This document shows positions 49,038 through 57,498 of a stretch of 64,000 bases of DNA, one piece after another. Source of the stretch: Oligoflexia bacterium (GTDB taxonomy: Bacteria; Bdellovibrionota_G; JALEGL01); the NCBI GenBank assembly GCA_035326705.1, contig DAOLES010000005.1:54444-118443 (forward strand), in the 5' to 3' direction. The notes beneath the pieces were generated by a model. The model searched no databases. It was not told the DNA's origin and saw only the letters and a list, made by a program, of their open reading frames with translations. The position numbers and the translations under genes are program-made. Every line of letters starts with the position of its first letter. Position 1 is the stretch's first letter.

Positions 49038-49256
49038 ATGATTGAAAATTCAGATTATGATCATCAAGATAACCAACAAGTTAACTACTTTGATTACGAA
49101 AAACTTAGTCAATTTTTGAGTGTCAAAAAATCAACATTATATGCATGGGTTTCACGTAATGAAATTCCATTCATACGTATAAGCAGTAGATGCGTTAGGT
49201 TTGATTTTAATCAAATTAAAGCATGGCTAAAAAACAAACAAAAGTCCTGTAACTAA
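49038..49256 (+). CDS. Excisionase/AlpA-like helix-turn-helix DNA-binding protein
   Basis: LSQFLSVKKSTLYAWVSRNEIPFIRISSRCVRFDFNQIKAWL matches the MerR-type HTH_17 / Xis pattern. Confidence 0.65.
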   Translation: MIENSDYDHQDNQQVNYFDYEKLSQFLSVKKSTLYAWVSRNEIPFIRISSRCVRFDFNQIKAWLKNKQKSCN

Positions 49257-49268
49257 ATTTTCAATTCT

Positions 49269-49317
49269 GTAAACCTACTTATTTTATCCTTGGGAAAGGT
49301 ATAATGAGTAGGTTTAC
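49269..49317 (+). terminator. Hairpin after the Xis-like gene, with a TATAAT box in its loop
   Basis: GTAAACCTACTTATT / AATGAGTAGGTTTAC forms 15 bp including one G-U. No U-tract follows. A perfect TATAAT sits at 49300-49305. Confidence 0.4.
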
Positions 49318-49809
49318 GGTTCACTTGCCACAAAAGTGACGCTACTTTCCAAGTCATAGCGATAAATGGCTGGACTGATATAATTAACTGCGACTAGGTT
49401 AAAGATTTATCAGTAATTTGGGTTTTCTGCCTGACTTGTGGTGACGGATAAAACTGTATCAATCCCCTATCTACTAAACAAGTTGTTTTTGACCCAAATA
49501 CCCAAAATAGTGTTTCTATGAAGATAATTAGGTAAAAATCTAGGATTAATAGTCCGAGGTGTGCTTTTACAGTTTACTTCAACTTAATCGGCAGTTTAGA
49601 ACGTGGGGTTAGCCGTCCACAGGACTTTTTACTTAATGTTGTTGTAAACACACAGCATTGCTCAATGATGTCTTTTTATTCGAGCATTTGTTTGTTAGTT
49701 TTTTACGCTTTTTTTAGGTTTTGTAACAACTACTGTTAAAAATTTTTAAATAATTAGCCGTAAAGAAAAGGGGGGAGTTGTATCTAAAATTAAATATATA
49801 GAGGAAAAA

Positions 49810-50235
49810 ATGAGAAAAAAATACCCTAATAAAATAAAGTATCATGCCATGCAATTGTGGGCAGATGGCTTTACCTATTCACAAATAACTAAAATTGTTG
49901 GTATTTCCAGTTGGAGAACTGTTGAAAACTGGAAAAAAGCAAAAACCCCATGTTGTTGGGACAAGTATACCGAAGAAGTACGTAAAAAGCGCGTTGATGA
50001 AATTAAAAATGAATCCTTTGATTGTTATAAAAAAACAATAACAAAGCAGCACAAAGTACTTAATAAACTACTCAATCAATCCTACGATGAGCTACTTCAG
50101 CGATTAGAGAACGATGAAATTAATACTGATGATGTAATCAAGCTATTCATTTGGTCTATAAAAGCTCAGAGAAGCCTTTATTTAGACCCTCAGGAAGCTC
50201 TTGAATTATTTAAAAAAGAAATCAAAGTATTATAA
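49810..50235 (+). CDS. HTH-domain protein (terminase-small-subunit-like / regulator)
   Basis: YHAMQLWADGFTYSQITKIVGISSWRTVENW is an N-terminal HTH, followed by a helical tail. An A/G-rich RBS (GAGGAAAAAA) lies upstream. Confidence 0.4.
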   Translation: MRKKYPNKIKYHAMQLWADGFTYSQITKIVGISSWRTVENWKKAKTPCCWDKYTEEVRKKRVDEIKNESFDCYKKTITKQHKVLNKLLNQSYDELLQRLENDEINTDDVIKLFIWSIKAQRSLYLDPQEALELFKKEIKVL

Positions 50236-51192
50236 TCAGCTGTTTTTTTTTGGTGTTTGAAACTGCTCTAATAGTGCCAAAGTGTAGTCAATAAAACCAC
50301 AAATATGAAGCGCTTGCCTATCAGAAACTTGCAACAAATTATGATGGCTATCATTTCTAATCATAGCAAACAAACCAGATAGCAAATCACGAATACCCTC
50401 GTTTTGCTCGTCTTTTTTTATTGGTATTAATTTTGGTTTTTGGTTTGAAAAAACATTGTTTATTAGCTTTATACCGCTTAGATTAGAATTGCTTGGAAGC
50501 TTAGCCTTCTCCTTAATTCTATTTTCTAAAACGGTAGCGGATTCTCTTATTACAGTATCAAATAGATCTTCTCCATGAGTGTTTTTTTCTTCGATTCTGA
50601 GTTTAAAGATCCCCTCGCATCTTTTCTTTAACTCCTGATCGGTAATCTCCATCAGTCCCATGTATGGGGCAAAAGTTTGGTTTAAATCTTCAGTTATATT
50701 TTGCTTTTCAAGCGTAAATTTTTTCTGTGCTACGTCACTTGCTTTTGTTAAATCAATCAAATAGCTGGGAACTTTAAGACTATTTAAAAGCCCACTTTCT
50801 GCTAAATCACGTTTTGTTTGAATAACTTGATCAATCTTTTCTACAGTTGCTTTTAATAATTCAGGATTAGCTTGAATAAGCTCAATTTTTTTCCTTTCTA
50901 ACTCTCTTATTTGTGCATAAGCACCTGCTTTTATAATTCTCAATGACCAAAAGCTAATACCACGTGCAAAATCATCTTCATCTTGTTTTTTTTTATAATA
51001 CTCAATTATTCTTTCAACATGTTCATGTAACTCTGATTTATTTTCTATTTCAAAAGACTTTAATACCTCTTGATCATTATCCAGTCTTTGTTTAATTAAC
51101 TCCAGGCCCGGCAGAAATAAATCGATAATACTTTTTCTTAAAATAACGTGTGGAACTGTTTCATCATCATGAGGTTGTTTTTTATCTTTCAT
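50236..51192 (-). CDS. TIGR02391 (Hypoth_ymh) domain protein with unknown N-terminal helical domain
   Basis: The C-terminal DLFDTVIRESATVLENRIKEKA...GIKLINNVF...GLFAMIRNDSHHN...ALHICGFIDYTLALLE fits the TIGR02391 consensus (RNxxaH). Confidence 0.55.
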   Translation of the reverse strand: MKDKKQPHDDETVPHVILRKSIIDLFLPGLELIKQRLDNDQEVLKSFEIENKSELHEHVERIIEYYKKKQDEDDFARGISFWSLRIIKAGAYAQIRELERKKIELIQANPELLKATVEKIDQVIQTKRDLAESGLLNSLKVPSYLIDLTKASDVAQKKFTLEKQNITEDLNQTFAPYMGLMEITDQELKKRCEGIFKLRIEEKNTHGEDLFDTVIRESATVLENRIKEKAKLPSNSNLSGIKLINNVFSNQKPKLIPIKKDEQNEGIRDLLSGLFAMIRNDSHHNLLQVSDRQALHICGFIDYTLALLEQFQTPKKNS

Positions 51193-51212
51193 GCTATTTA
51201 AAGTACTATGAA

Positions 51213-51875
51213 TTAAAAACTTTTACCAAGATACTTAATTTTATTGTCTGCTCCAAGCTTATTTGCCTCATTTAAAGCTTTGTTTTTATCATTTTCATTT
51301 GGTGAAATAAACCAGCACCATCCCCCATAGACTATTCCAGTTATATAGCATGCAATTTTATCGCTTTTTGCAATCGGTGTTGTAAACTCAATGATTTCTG
51401 TCAAATCTTGTGAGTAGTAAATAGCATAGGCTTTATTTTCTGACGATTTAAAAGCTATTCTATACTTTACTAACTCTTTAGGGTTAACAAGCTTAGAAGT
51501 AATCAACTCATCATCTGAGTAAAAAGAAACCTCTGCTACTGTGTTCGGTGCTATGGGTTGATCTGGAGACTGCATTGCAGAATGAATTTTTTTAGTTGTA
51601 CCTGATACCAATCTATAAGATTGCCCTTCAAACTCTGCTACTGAGTCACTAAATGAAACATAAACTACATCACTTGATCTATTTTTAATCCAAAAATGAT
51701 TTAGCCTTGTTATATCTTGTGAGATTTCAATTGACTCAGGGATTATATTTTTTGGTCTAATGTCATTTTCTGGCCTATGGATTACTCCTTTCCATCTGTA
51801 AGTGCTACAACTTGTTGTAGTTAAAACTAATAAAACTATAACTAACTGGTTTTTTAAAATTTGTAATTTTTGCAT
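51213..51875 (-). CDS. Hypothetical lipoprotein (island cargo)
   Basis: Lipobox LTTTSC. It lies 20 nt upstream of the TIGR02391 gene on the same strand. Confidence 0.45.
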   Translation of the reverse strand: MQKLQILKNQLVIVLLVLTTTSCSTYRWKGVIHRPENDIRPKNIIPESIEISQDITRLNHFWIKNRSSDVVYVSFSDSVAEFEGQSYRLVSGTTKKIHSAMQSPDQPIAPNTVAEVSFYSDDELITSKLVNPKELVKYRIAFKSSENKAYAIYYSQDLTEIIEFTTPIAKSDKIACYITGIVYGGWCWFISPNENDKNKALNEANKLGADNKIKYLGKSF

Positions 51876-51967
51876 AAAAGAGCTCCTAAACTAATAAACG
51901 ACCCTTCTTTAATTATACCTTCTTATAGGAAGAGAATCAAAACATCTTATCCCTATTATTGAAAATA

Positions 51968-52198
51968 ATGAAAAAGGCAGAATTTTTAAAAAAACTGGGA
52001 AAGCACATAGCAAAAATAAGAAAATCAAAAGGTTACAGTCAGGATAGGTTATACTTAGAAGCTGGGTTTTCACGAGGAACTGTCTCAAAAATTGAAAATG
52101 GACTAGTAAACCCTCAGATTTTTACATTGTATAAAATTGCAAAGACTATTAACGTTTCTGTTTCAACTTTGATAAGTTTCTCTGAAAAAGACTTATAG
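51968..52198 (+). CDS. XRE-family helix-turn-helix transcriptional regulator
   Basis: IRKSKGYSQDRLYLEAGFSRGTVSKIENGLVNPQIFTLYKIAKTINVSVSTL is a canonical HTH_3. It is divergent from the lipoprotein/TIGR02391 operon. Confidence 0.8.
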   Translation: MKKAEFLKKLGKHIAKIRKSKGYSQDRLYLEAGFSRGTVSKIENGLVNPQIFTLYKIAKTINVSVSTLISFSEKDL

Positions 52199-52208
52199 TA
52201 GCTAATAA

Positions 52209-52622
52209 CTATTTTTCATTATTTGTTTTACTAATCCATTGCGTATGCTCTCTCGAAACAAGCATTTCAACTCTCTCAGCAAGTTGTTTTTGTGTATCAC
52301 TATCTCCGTACGGACCAGCTTTTGCTAAAAATAGATACTTTTCTTTTCTAAGAGCTTCACAAGTGGCACGATACATTATCCAATTATGTTGATCTTGATT
52401 GAGGGATGTCCAAGCTTCCAAGAAAGAAATTAAAACTCCTAATACTCCAATAACTAAAAGATCAGCTTTTATACCAGCTAACAATGGAATTAAACTCGAA
52501 AAAATTATGATAAAAACTTTAGACAGCTTAAATCGTTTTTGATGAGCTTGGCTTTTTTTATCATACCATTCAATTTGCTCCTCTAACCTGCACAGTGTTA
52601 CATTTTCTGAATGATCTTTCAT
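52209..52622 (-). CDS. DUF4231 / SLATT-family two-TM protein
   Basis: LEEQIEWYDKKSQAHQKRFK, then two TM helices (VFIIIFSSLIPLLAGI and LVIGVLGVLISFLEAW), then WIMYRATCEALRKEKYLF...VSREHTQW. This is the DUF4231 layout. Confidence 0.7.
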   Translation of the reverse strand: MKDHSENVTLCRLEEQIEWYDKKSQAHQKRFKLSKVFIIIFSSLIPLLAGIKADLLVIGVLGVLISFLEAWTSLNQDQHNWIMYRATCEALRKEKYLFLAKAGPYGDSDTQKQLAERVEMLVSREHTQWISKTNNEK

Positions 52623-52625
52623 TTT

Positions 52626-53036
52626 TTAACCTATTAACTTTTCTATACTCCATGGGTCCCAAGAATAAAACTTACTATTCTTAGGAAACTTAGTAGGAAG
52701 TTTAGCAGATTCTACTCCTTTTAGCGCCATTCCAATTACCTTCTTTTCTAATTCAATAGCTTTTTCAATCTCCCAGTTTACCCACTGACTCTTGTACGTA
52801 TCATTACCTATTAGTACAATAACAGCAGAAGACCTTTTAATTTTATCTATGATTTTTATTTTTAAGTATATTGAGTCCGTACTATTAATTGGTTTTTTTA
52901 TAGATTCATCATAAAACTCTAAGGGAAATTTCGGACTTTTTGCAAGTAACCTTAAACCATTTACTTGACTTTCATCTTCATACATAAAACTCAAAAAAAC
53001 CCTTTTTTTCATTGCTAACCTAATTTTATCAAACAA
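52626..53036 (-). CDS. TIR-like domain protein (DUF1863 / ThsB-like)
   Basis: KRVFLSFMYEDESQ...SAVIVLIGNDTYKSQWVNWEIEKAIELEKKVIGMAL matches the MTH538/ThsB-type TIR-like pattern. It lies 28 nt after the integrase stop and 3 nt before the SLATT start. Confidence 0.7.
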   Translation of the reverse strand: MFDKIRLAMKKRVFLSFMYEDESQVNGLRLLAKSPKFPLEFYDESIKKPINSTDSIYLKIKIIDKIKRSSAVIVLIGNDTYKSQWVNWEIEKAIELEKKVIGMALKGVESAKLPTKFPKNSKFYSWDPWSIEKLIG

Positions 53037-53064
53037 AAGTACTTATAGCCCGTTAAAATTATGT

Positions 53065-54156
53065 TTATTTCTTATTTAAACTTATAACGGGATTTTTACT
53101 CTTATGTATACTTTTTCCAAACCTATCGTAATCTCCATCAAATGCTTTTACATCCAAATGAGCGTATCTTTCCGTCATTTTAACAGTCGAATGACCTAAA
53201 AGATCCTTTAATTTGTATATGTCACCCCCCTTCATCATCCAATGACTTGCGAAAGTATGTCTTAAATCATGAAATCTAATTCTTTCTAAACCAGCTCTTC
53301 TTATGCAACGTTGAAAAGTTTCTTGAAAAATACGTGATGACTCAATTAACATGTTTCCATAGGCGTTTGGGAATACTAAAGGAAGAGGATTTTGTAGTTT
53401 CCACTCTTTTAAAATGGACTGTAAGCAGTTCAAAATAAGTACATGTCTTGTTTTACCTGATTTAGTTGTTGTACTATAACTCTTTGATATATGGATTTTT
53501 GGATTTATCCCTATTAATTCAACATCTTGCCACTTTAATGCAGCAAGCTCACCTGCTCTCATTCCCGTATATACAGCTGTTGCATAAAGAACATATGGTA
53601 CAGGAGTATTTTCTTGCTTAGCAGATCGTAAGAGCCTATCAATTTCGTTTTGTGTTTTTAAATACAAGAATGACTTCTGAGCTATTTTAAGTTTCTTAAT
53701 TTTAGGCTTGTCATCAATCCACTTTAAGTCAATGGCCATGTTCAGCATTGCAATCAGAAGTGTTAAATGGTTGTTTACTGTTTTTGCGCTTGCCTTATTT
53801 AAAGTAATGCTTGTAAACCTATCTACTATGGTTAACGTTATTTGAGAAAGTGTTAATGTTCCAAAAAAAGGCATAAGATGTGCATTAAGGATACTTTGGT
53901 CATCTTTTGGATTTTTCTTTTTAGACGCTCTATGCATCATCCAATAATCGGCCAATTCCACAAAAGTACGTTCCATTTTTGGTCGAACATACAAGCCAGC
54001 TTTGATTTGGTCCACTTCAAGCTGATTCTTAAGTAATGCTTTGCGTGCGGTATCATAATTTTTAAAGGATTGCCCTCGCCTTTTACCATTTTCATCCACC
54101 CAGCGGATGTGCCACTTATTATTTCGTTTAATTGGTTTTGCCATGTCTTGCCTCAC
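53065..54156 (-). CDS. int: Tyrosine-type site-specific integrase
   Basis: N-terminal SAM-like arm/core binding region. The catalytic region has TGMRAGEL (Arg) and RFHDLRHTFASHWMMKGGDIYKLKDLLGHSTVKMTERYAHL (HxxR...Y). Confidence 0.9.
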   Translation of the reverse strand: MRQDMAKPIKRNNKWHIRWVDENGKRRGQSFKNYDTARKALLKNQLEVDQIKAGLYVRPKMERTFVELADYWMMHRASKKKNPKDDQSILNAHLMPFFGTLTLSQITLTIVDRFTSITLNKASAKTVNNHLTLLIAMLNMAIDLKWIDDKPKIKKLKIAQKSFLYLKTQNEIDRLLRSAKQENTPVPYVLYATAVYTGMRAGELAALKWQDVELIGINPKIHISKSYSTTTKSGKTRHVLILNCLQSILKEWKLQNPLPLVFPNAYGNMLIESSRIFQETFQRCIRRAGLERIRFHDLRHTFASHWMMKGGDIYKLKDLLGHSTVKMTERYAHLDVKAFDGDYDRFGKSIHKSKNPVISLNKK

Positions 54157-54240
54157 TAGTTACAACTTATTTGGCAAGATAAGAATGGACGTAAATGACC
54201 TATTTTAATACTATTATGTCCATGTTCCAGATACTACGAA

Positions 54241-54259
54241 TGACGCAATACTGACGCAA
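54241..54259 (+). promoter_or_regulatory. Candidate integrase/Xis arm-type site (right)
   Basis: TGACGCAATACTGACGCAA lies 69 bp inside the right att core. See the partner at 45168-45186. Confidence 0.4.
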
Positions 54260-54327
54260 GCATTTATAGTGCTATGAACGCCGAAAGGTATTTTTGCTAC
54301 AACTGTTTGAATTAATTATTAGAAATT

Positions 54328-54404
<77 letters not shown>

Positions 54405-54471
54405 TCATTGAATGAGTAAGGCTTATACCATGCTTTTTTGTCCTGTCAACTTATGCCCAAACTTATTTTAT

Positions 54472-54502
54472 GTATCAAAAGGTAGGCCGTACCTTTTGAT
54501 AC
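54472..54502. promoter_or_regulatory. 13 bp perfect hairpin containing the AAAAGGTA-N5-TACCTTTT palindrome
   Basis: GTATCAAAAGGTA ggccg TACCTTTTGATAC, followed on the plus strand by ATATTTATTTTTT. It lies between the divergent tRNA and murJ. Confidence 0.4.
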
Positions 54503-54555
54503 ATATTTATTTTTTATAGCCAGTTATCTGCATCTATGGCACACTTTGGCCTTCT

Positions 54556-56112
54556 ATGAGCATGCAAAAAAACGCCAGTAAAATCAGTGCGGCTACGTTT
54601 TTAAGCCGTATTTTGGGCCTGGTGCGTGAGCAAATTTTTGCGGCTGTCTTGGGAGCGGGCTATTTTGCTGATGCCTTTATTTTTGCTTTTAGAATCCCTA
54701 ATTTATTTAGAGATCTGTTTGCTGAAGGGGCTTTATCACAAGCCTTTGTGCCCACCATTGCCAAATTTAAGGAAAAACAAAGCCAGCCAGCAACGCTTGC
54801 TTTTTTTCAAAGCATGCTGGCCATGCTTATTTTGATTGTGGGTTTTTTGGTGGTTTTGGGCATGTTCTTGGCGCCAGTATTTGTAGACTATATTGCTCCC
54901 GGCTTTGCCGACATCCCTGGTAAAAGGGATTTGACCATTCATTTGACCAGAATTTTATTCCCTTTTCTTTTATTTGTCTCGTGTTCCGCTTTGTTCATGA
55001 GTGTGCTTAATGTGTATCAGGAATTTTTACGCCCAGCTTTGGCGCCCGCCGTGTTTAATCTGTGCTCTATTGGTGTGGGTGTGTGGGTGTATTTTGCTGA
55101 TTTCTCTAATCAAACTGCCGTCTATGCCTGGGCTATAGCCACCACCTTGGCTGGTCTTGCGCAAGCCAGCATTCAAGTGCCCAAACTCTGGCGTTATGGT
55201 TATAGATTAATCCCTAAATTTAAAGGGGTATTTGCCCATCCTGGGGTAAAAACCGTGCTATGGTTGATGCTGCCGGCCATCATTGCCAATGCCGGTACCC
55301 AGGTCAATGTTTTGGTCAATACGTCCTTGGCTTCACTCTTAGAAGAAGGCAGTATTTCTTGGTTGAACTATGCTTTTAGATTGATGCAGTTACCTATTGG
55401 TGTCTTTGGCGTGGCCATCTCTGTGGTGACCTTGAGTCAAGTGTCCACGTTGATTGCACAGAATAAAGTAGAGGATTATAAAAAAAATGTCAGTACAGCT
55501 TTGAGCTTTACCTTACTGCTGACTCTACCCAGTACCATTGGCTTGCTGTTTTTGGGGCAACCCATCATTGCCATGATTTACCAGCGCGGTTTGTTTACAC
55601 TCTATGACACACAAAACACCTTTACCGCTTTGTATTTTTACAGTTTTGGATTGCCCTTTTATGCTGGCGTCAAAGTCTTGGCCCCTATCTTTTTTGCTTT
55701 TGATAAATCTAAAATTCCCACCTATGCCAGCTTGACTGGAATTGGTGTAAATATTGTCTTTAACCTAATGTATTATAAAACTTTGGGGCATGGCGGTTTA
55801 GCTTTGGGCACCTCCTTGGCCATGTTGGTTAATTTTTTAATTTTGTTGATTACTTTACATATTCAAGAGGGCATTTTTGTTTGGTCATCCATTGTTAAAT
55901 CTTCTACTAAAATCTTTACGGCCAGTGCTGTTTTAGCAACTTTGTGCATGTATGTTTGGCCCTGGTTGAATGCTTATGCTGTAATTCCCAGTTTTATCCG
56001 CTTATTACTGTTTATTGCTTGCGCTGGCAGTATTTATTTTGTTTTTTTAATGGTTCTTAAAACAGAAGAGGTTTATGCTCTTCAACAAAAACTCAAAAAG
56101 CTTTTGCCTTAA
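54556..56112 (+). CDS. murJ: Lipid II flippase MurJ
   Basis: SAATFLSRILGLVREQIFAAVLGAG...DAFIFAFRIPNLFRDLFAEGALSQAFVP is the canonical MurJ/MviN N-terminus, and there are about 14 TM helices. Confidence 0.9.
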   Translation: MSMQKNASKISAATFLSRILGLVREQIFAAVLGAGYFADAFIFAFRIPNLFRDLFAEGALSQAFVPTIAKFKEKQSQPATLAFFQSMLAMLILIVGFLVVLGMFLAPVFVDYIAPGFADIPGKRDLTIHLTRILFPFLLFVSCSALFMSVLNVYQEFLRPALAPAVFNLCSIGVGVWVYFADFSNQTAVYAWAIATTLAGLAQASIQVPKLWRYGYRLIPKFKGVFAHPGVKTVLWLMLPAIIANAGTQVNVLVNTSLASLLEEGSISWLNYAFRLMQLPIGVFGVAISVVTLSQVSTLIAQNKVEDYKKNVSTALSFTLLLTLPSTIGLLFLGQPIIAMIYQRGLFTLYDTQNTFTALYFYSFGLPFYAGVKVLAPIFFAFDKSKIPTYASLTGIGVNIVFNLMYYKTLGHGGLALGTSLAMLVNFLILLITLHIQEGIFVWSSIVKSSTKIFTASAVLATLCMYVWPWLNAYAVIPSFIRLLLFIACAGSIYFVFLMVLKTEEVYALQQKLKKLLP

Positions 56113-56157
56113 TTTTTGTATGGTAATCATTCACCGTATCTTTTATAATAAAAGAAC

Positions 56158-56967
56158 ATGCCCTATTTTTTTAATTCTAAGCTTAGAGCATTTACCTTGC
56201 TTGAACTGATGATCTCTATTGTTATTGTCGGTAGCCTTGCTGCTGCAGCTGTTCCAAGTTTTCAAAAATATTTGCACCGTTCTAAAATGGCTGAAGGCTA
56301 TTTATTTATAAGAAAAATGCATGATACCGCCGTGGTTGATGGATCTATCGCCTATGAAACTGCTGTTAGTACTGACAGTGGCCAAGCCGTTACTTGCCTA
56401 AAACAGTACCCCTTTGGTCAACTGCGTTCTTATATGTTGGGACAATATGGTTGGATTGCTGCTCCACCGTCTGGGAAAAAAGAAAAAATATATTTCCGTC
56501 AAAATGGTTATTATAATCCTGTTACTTACTACGCTCTTTCAGCAGATAACATTGTTTGTGTTATCAATAATACTGCCTACCCTAAACCTGAACGCTACGG
56601 TTTTGCCGTTGAAAATGTTGACCCAAGTGCACAGTATACCCAAACCGTTAACCCAACCTACTTTGCTGTTTCTATTTATCCTGATTATTCCCTGGCACAA
56701 AATTTAATTGCTGAAGGAAAAAATGCAGCTTACTATGATGTACCCACTCAACGACACATGAGCACGGCCATTTTGGTTTATGCTGACCTAGATGGAGATT
56801 ATGAGGCTGAATACGATGAAGATGAAGAAGAATATTCCTCTGCTCTCTTGGGTAGCTCAGGAGGGTCAGATAAAGTGTCTTATCTGATGCGGGGGATTTA
56901 TTATGATACTGTGACCGGAGAGATTGTTTCTACTGAAGGAATTTACAGTCTTAATTTTGGTGAGTAA
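56158..56967 (+). CDS. Prepilin-type N-terminal methylation domain protein (type IV pilin/pseudopilin-like)
   Basis: RAFTLLELMISIVIVGSLAAAAVPSF is a class III signal/pilin N-helix, with Ala rather than Gly at -1. The C-terminal part has an acidic DLDGDYEAEYDEDEEEY stretch. Confidence 0.65.
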   Translation: MPYFFNSKLRAFTLLELMISIVIVGSLAAAAVPSFQKYLHRSKMAEGYLFIRKMHDTAVVDGSIAYETAVSTDSGQAVTCLKQYPFGQLRSYMLGQYGWIAAPPSGKKEKIYFRQNGYYNPVTYYALSADNIVCVINNTAYPKPERYGFAVENVDPSAQYTQTVNPTYFAVSIYPDYSLAQNLIAEGKNAAYYDVPTQRHMSTAILVYADLDGDYEAEYDEDEEEYSSALLGSSGGSDKVSYLMRGIYYDTVTGEIVSTEGIYSLNFGE

Positions 56968-56971
56968 ATCC

Positions 56972-57412
56972 CTATTTTTTTTGAACCATCTGACCAATAC
57001 TTGTAAGAATTTCTTCTAAACTCCTATTAGAATTAATTTTTTTCTTTTTTTGCGGTGAACTTTGTTCCGCAGGCTTATGAAAAGGCTCAGATACAAAGCG
57101 GATATCTTCATAATGCAAGCCTAGTTTATCAGCAATGGCTTGCAATAAAACCGGTTTCATCATGTTAAATTGCTGGCCCCAGGCTTGATTTTCAACCGCA
57201 ATAATCAGACATGTTTTTTTAATGCGAACCGGTAAACTGCGTTTGGCCATCATTTCTCCCACCAAACTGGGCCATTTTTTTTGCAGTTTGTAGACACTGA
57301 GCATAGGACGCTTAGAAAACAAGGGGTGTTTGGCAAATATGTCCTGCACAGGCTCTAAAACCGATGTTTTGCGTTCTTGTAAAGATTGTTGCTTTTTAAA
57401 GTGTTTTTTCAT
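56972..57412 (-). CDS. DUF721 (DciA-like) protein
   Basis: KKWPSLVGEMMAKRSLPVRIKKTCLIIAVENQAWGQQFNMMKPVLLQAI fits the DUF721 domain found in DciA helicase-loading factors. Confidence 0.55.
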   Translation of the reverse strand: MKKHFKKQQSLQERKTSVLEPVQDIFAKHPLFSKRPMLSVYKLQKKWPSLVGEMMAKRSLPVRIKKTCLIIAVENQAWGQQFNMMKPVLLQAIADKLGLHYEDIRFVSEPFHKPAEQSSPQKKKKINSNRSLEEILTSIGQMVQKK

Positions 57413-57498
57413 TGTATATTTTACTGTATATCGATACTATTATACATAGGACTGACGTTTTTTTAACCCCCAAAAAAGTACTTGCATAAACTAAATAC

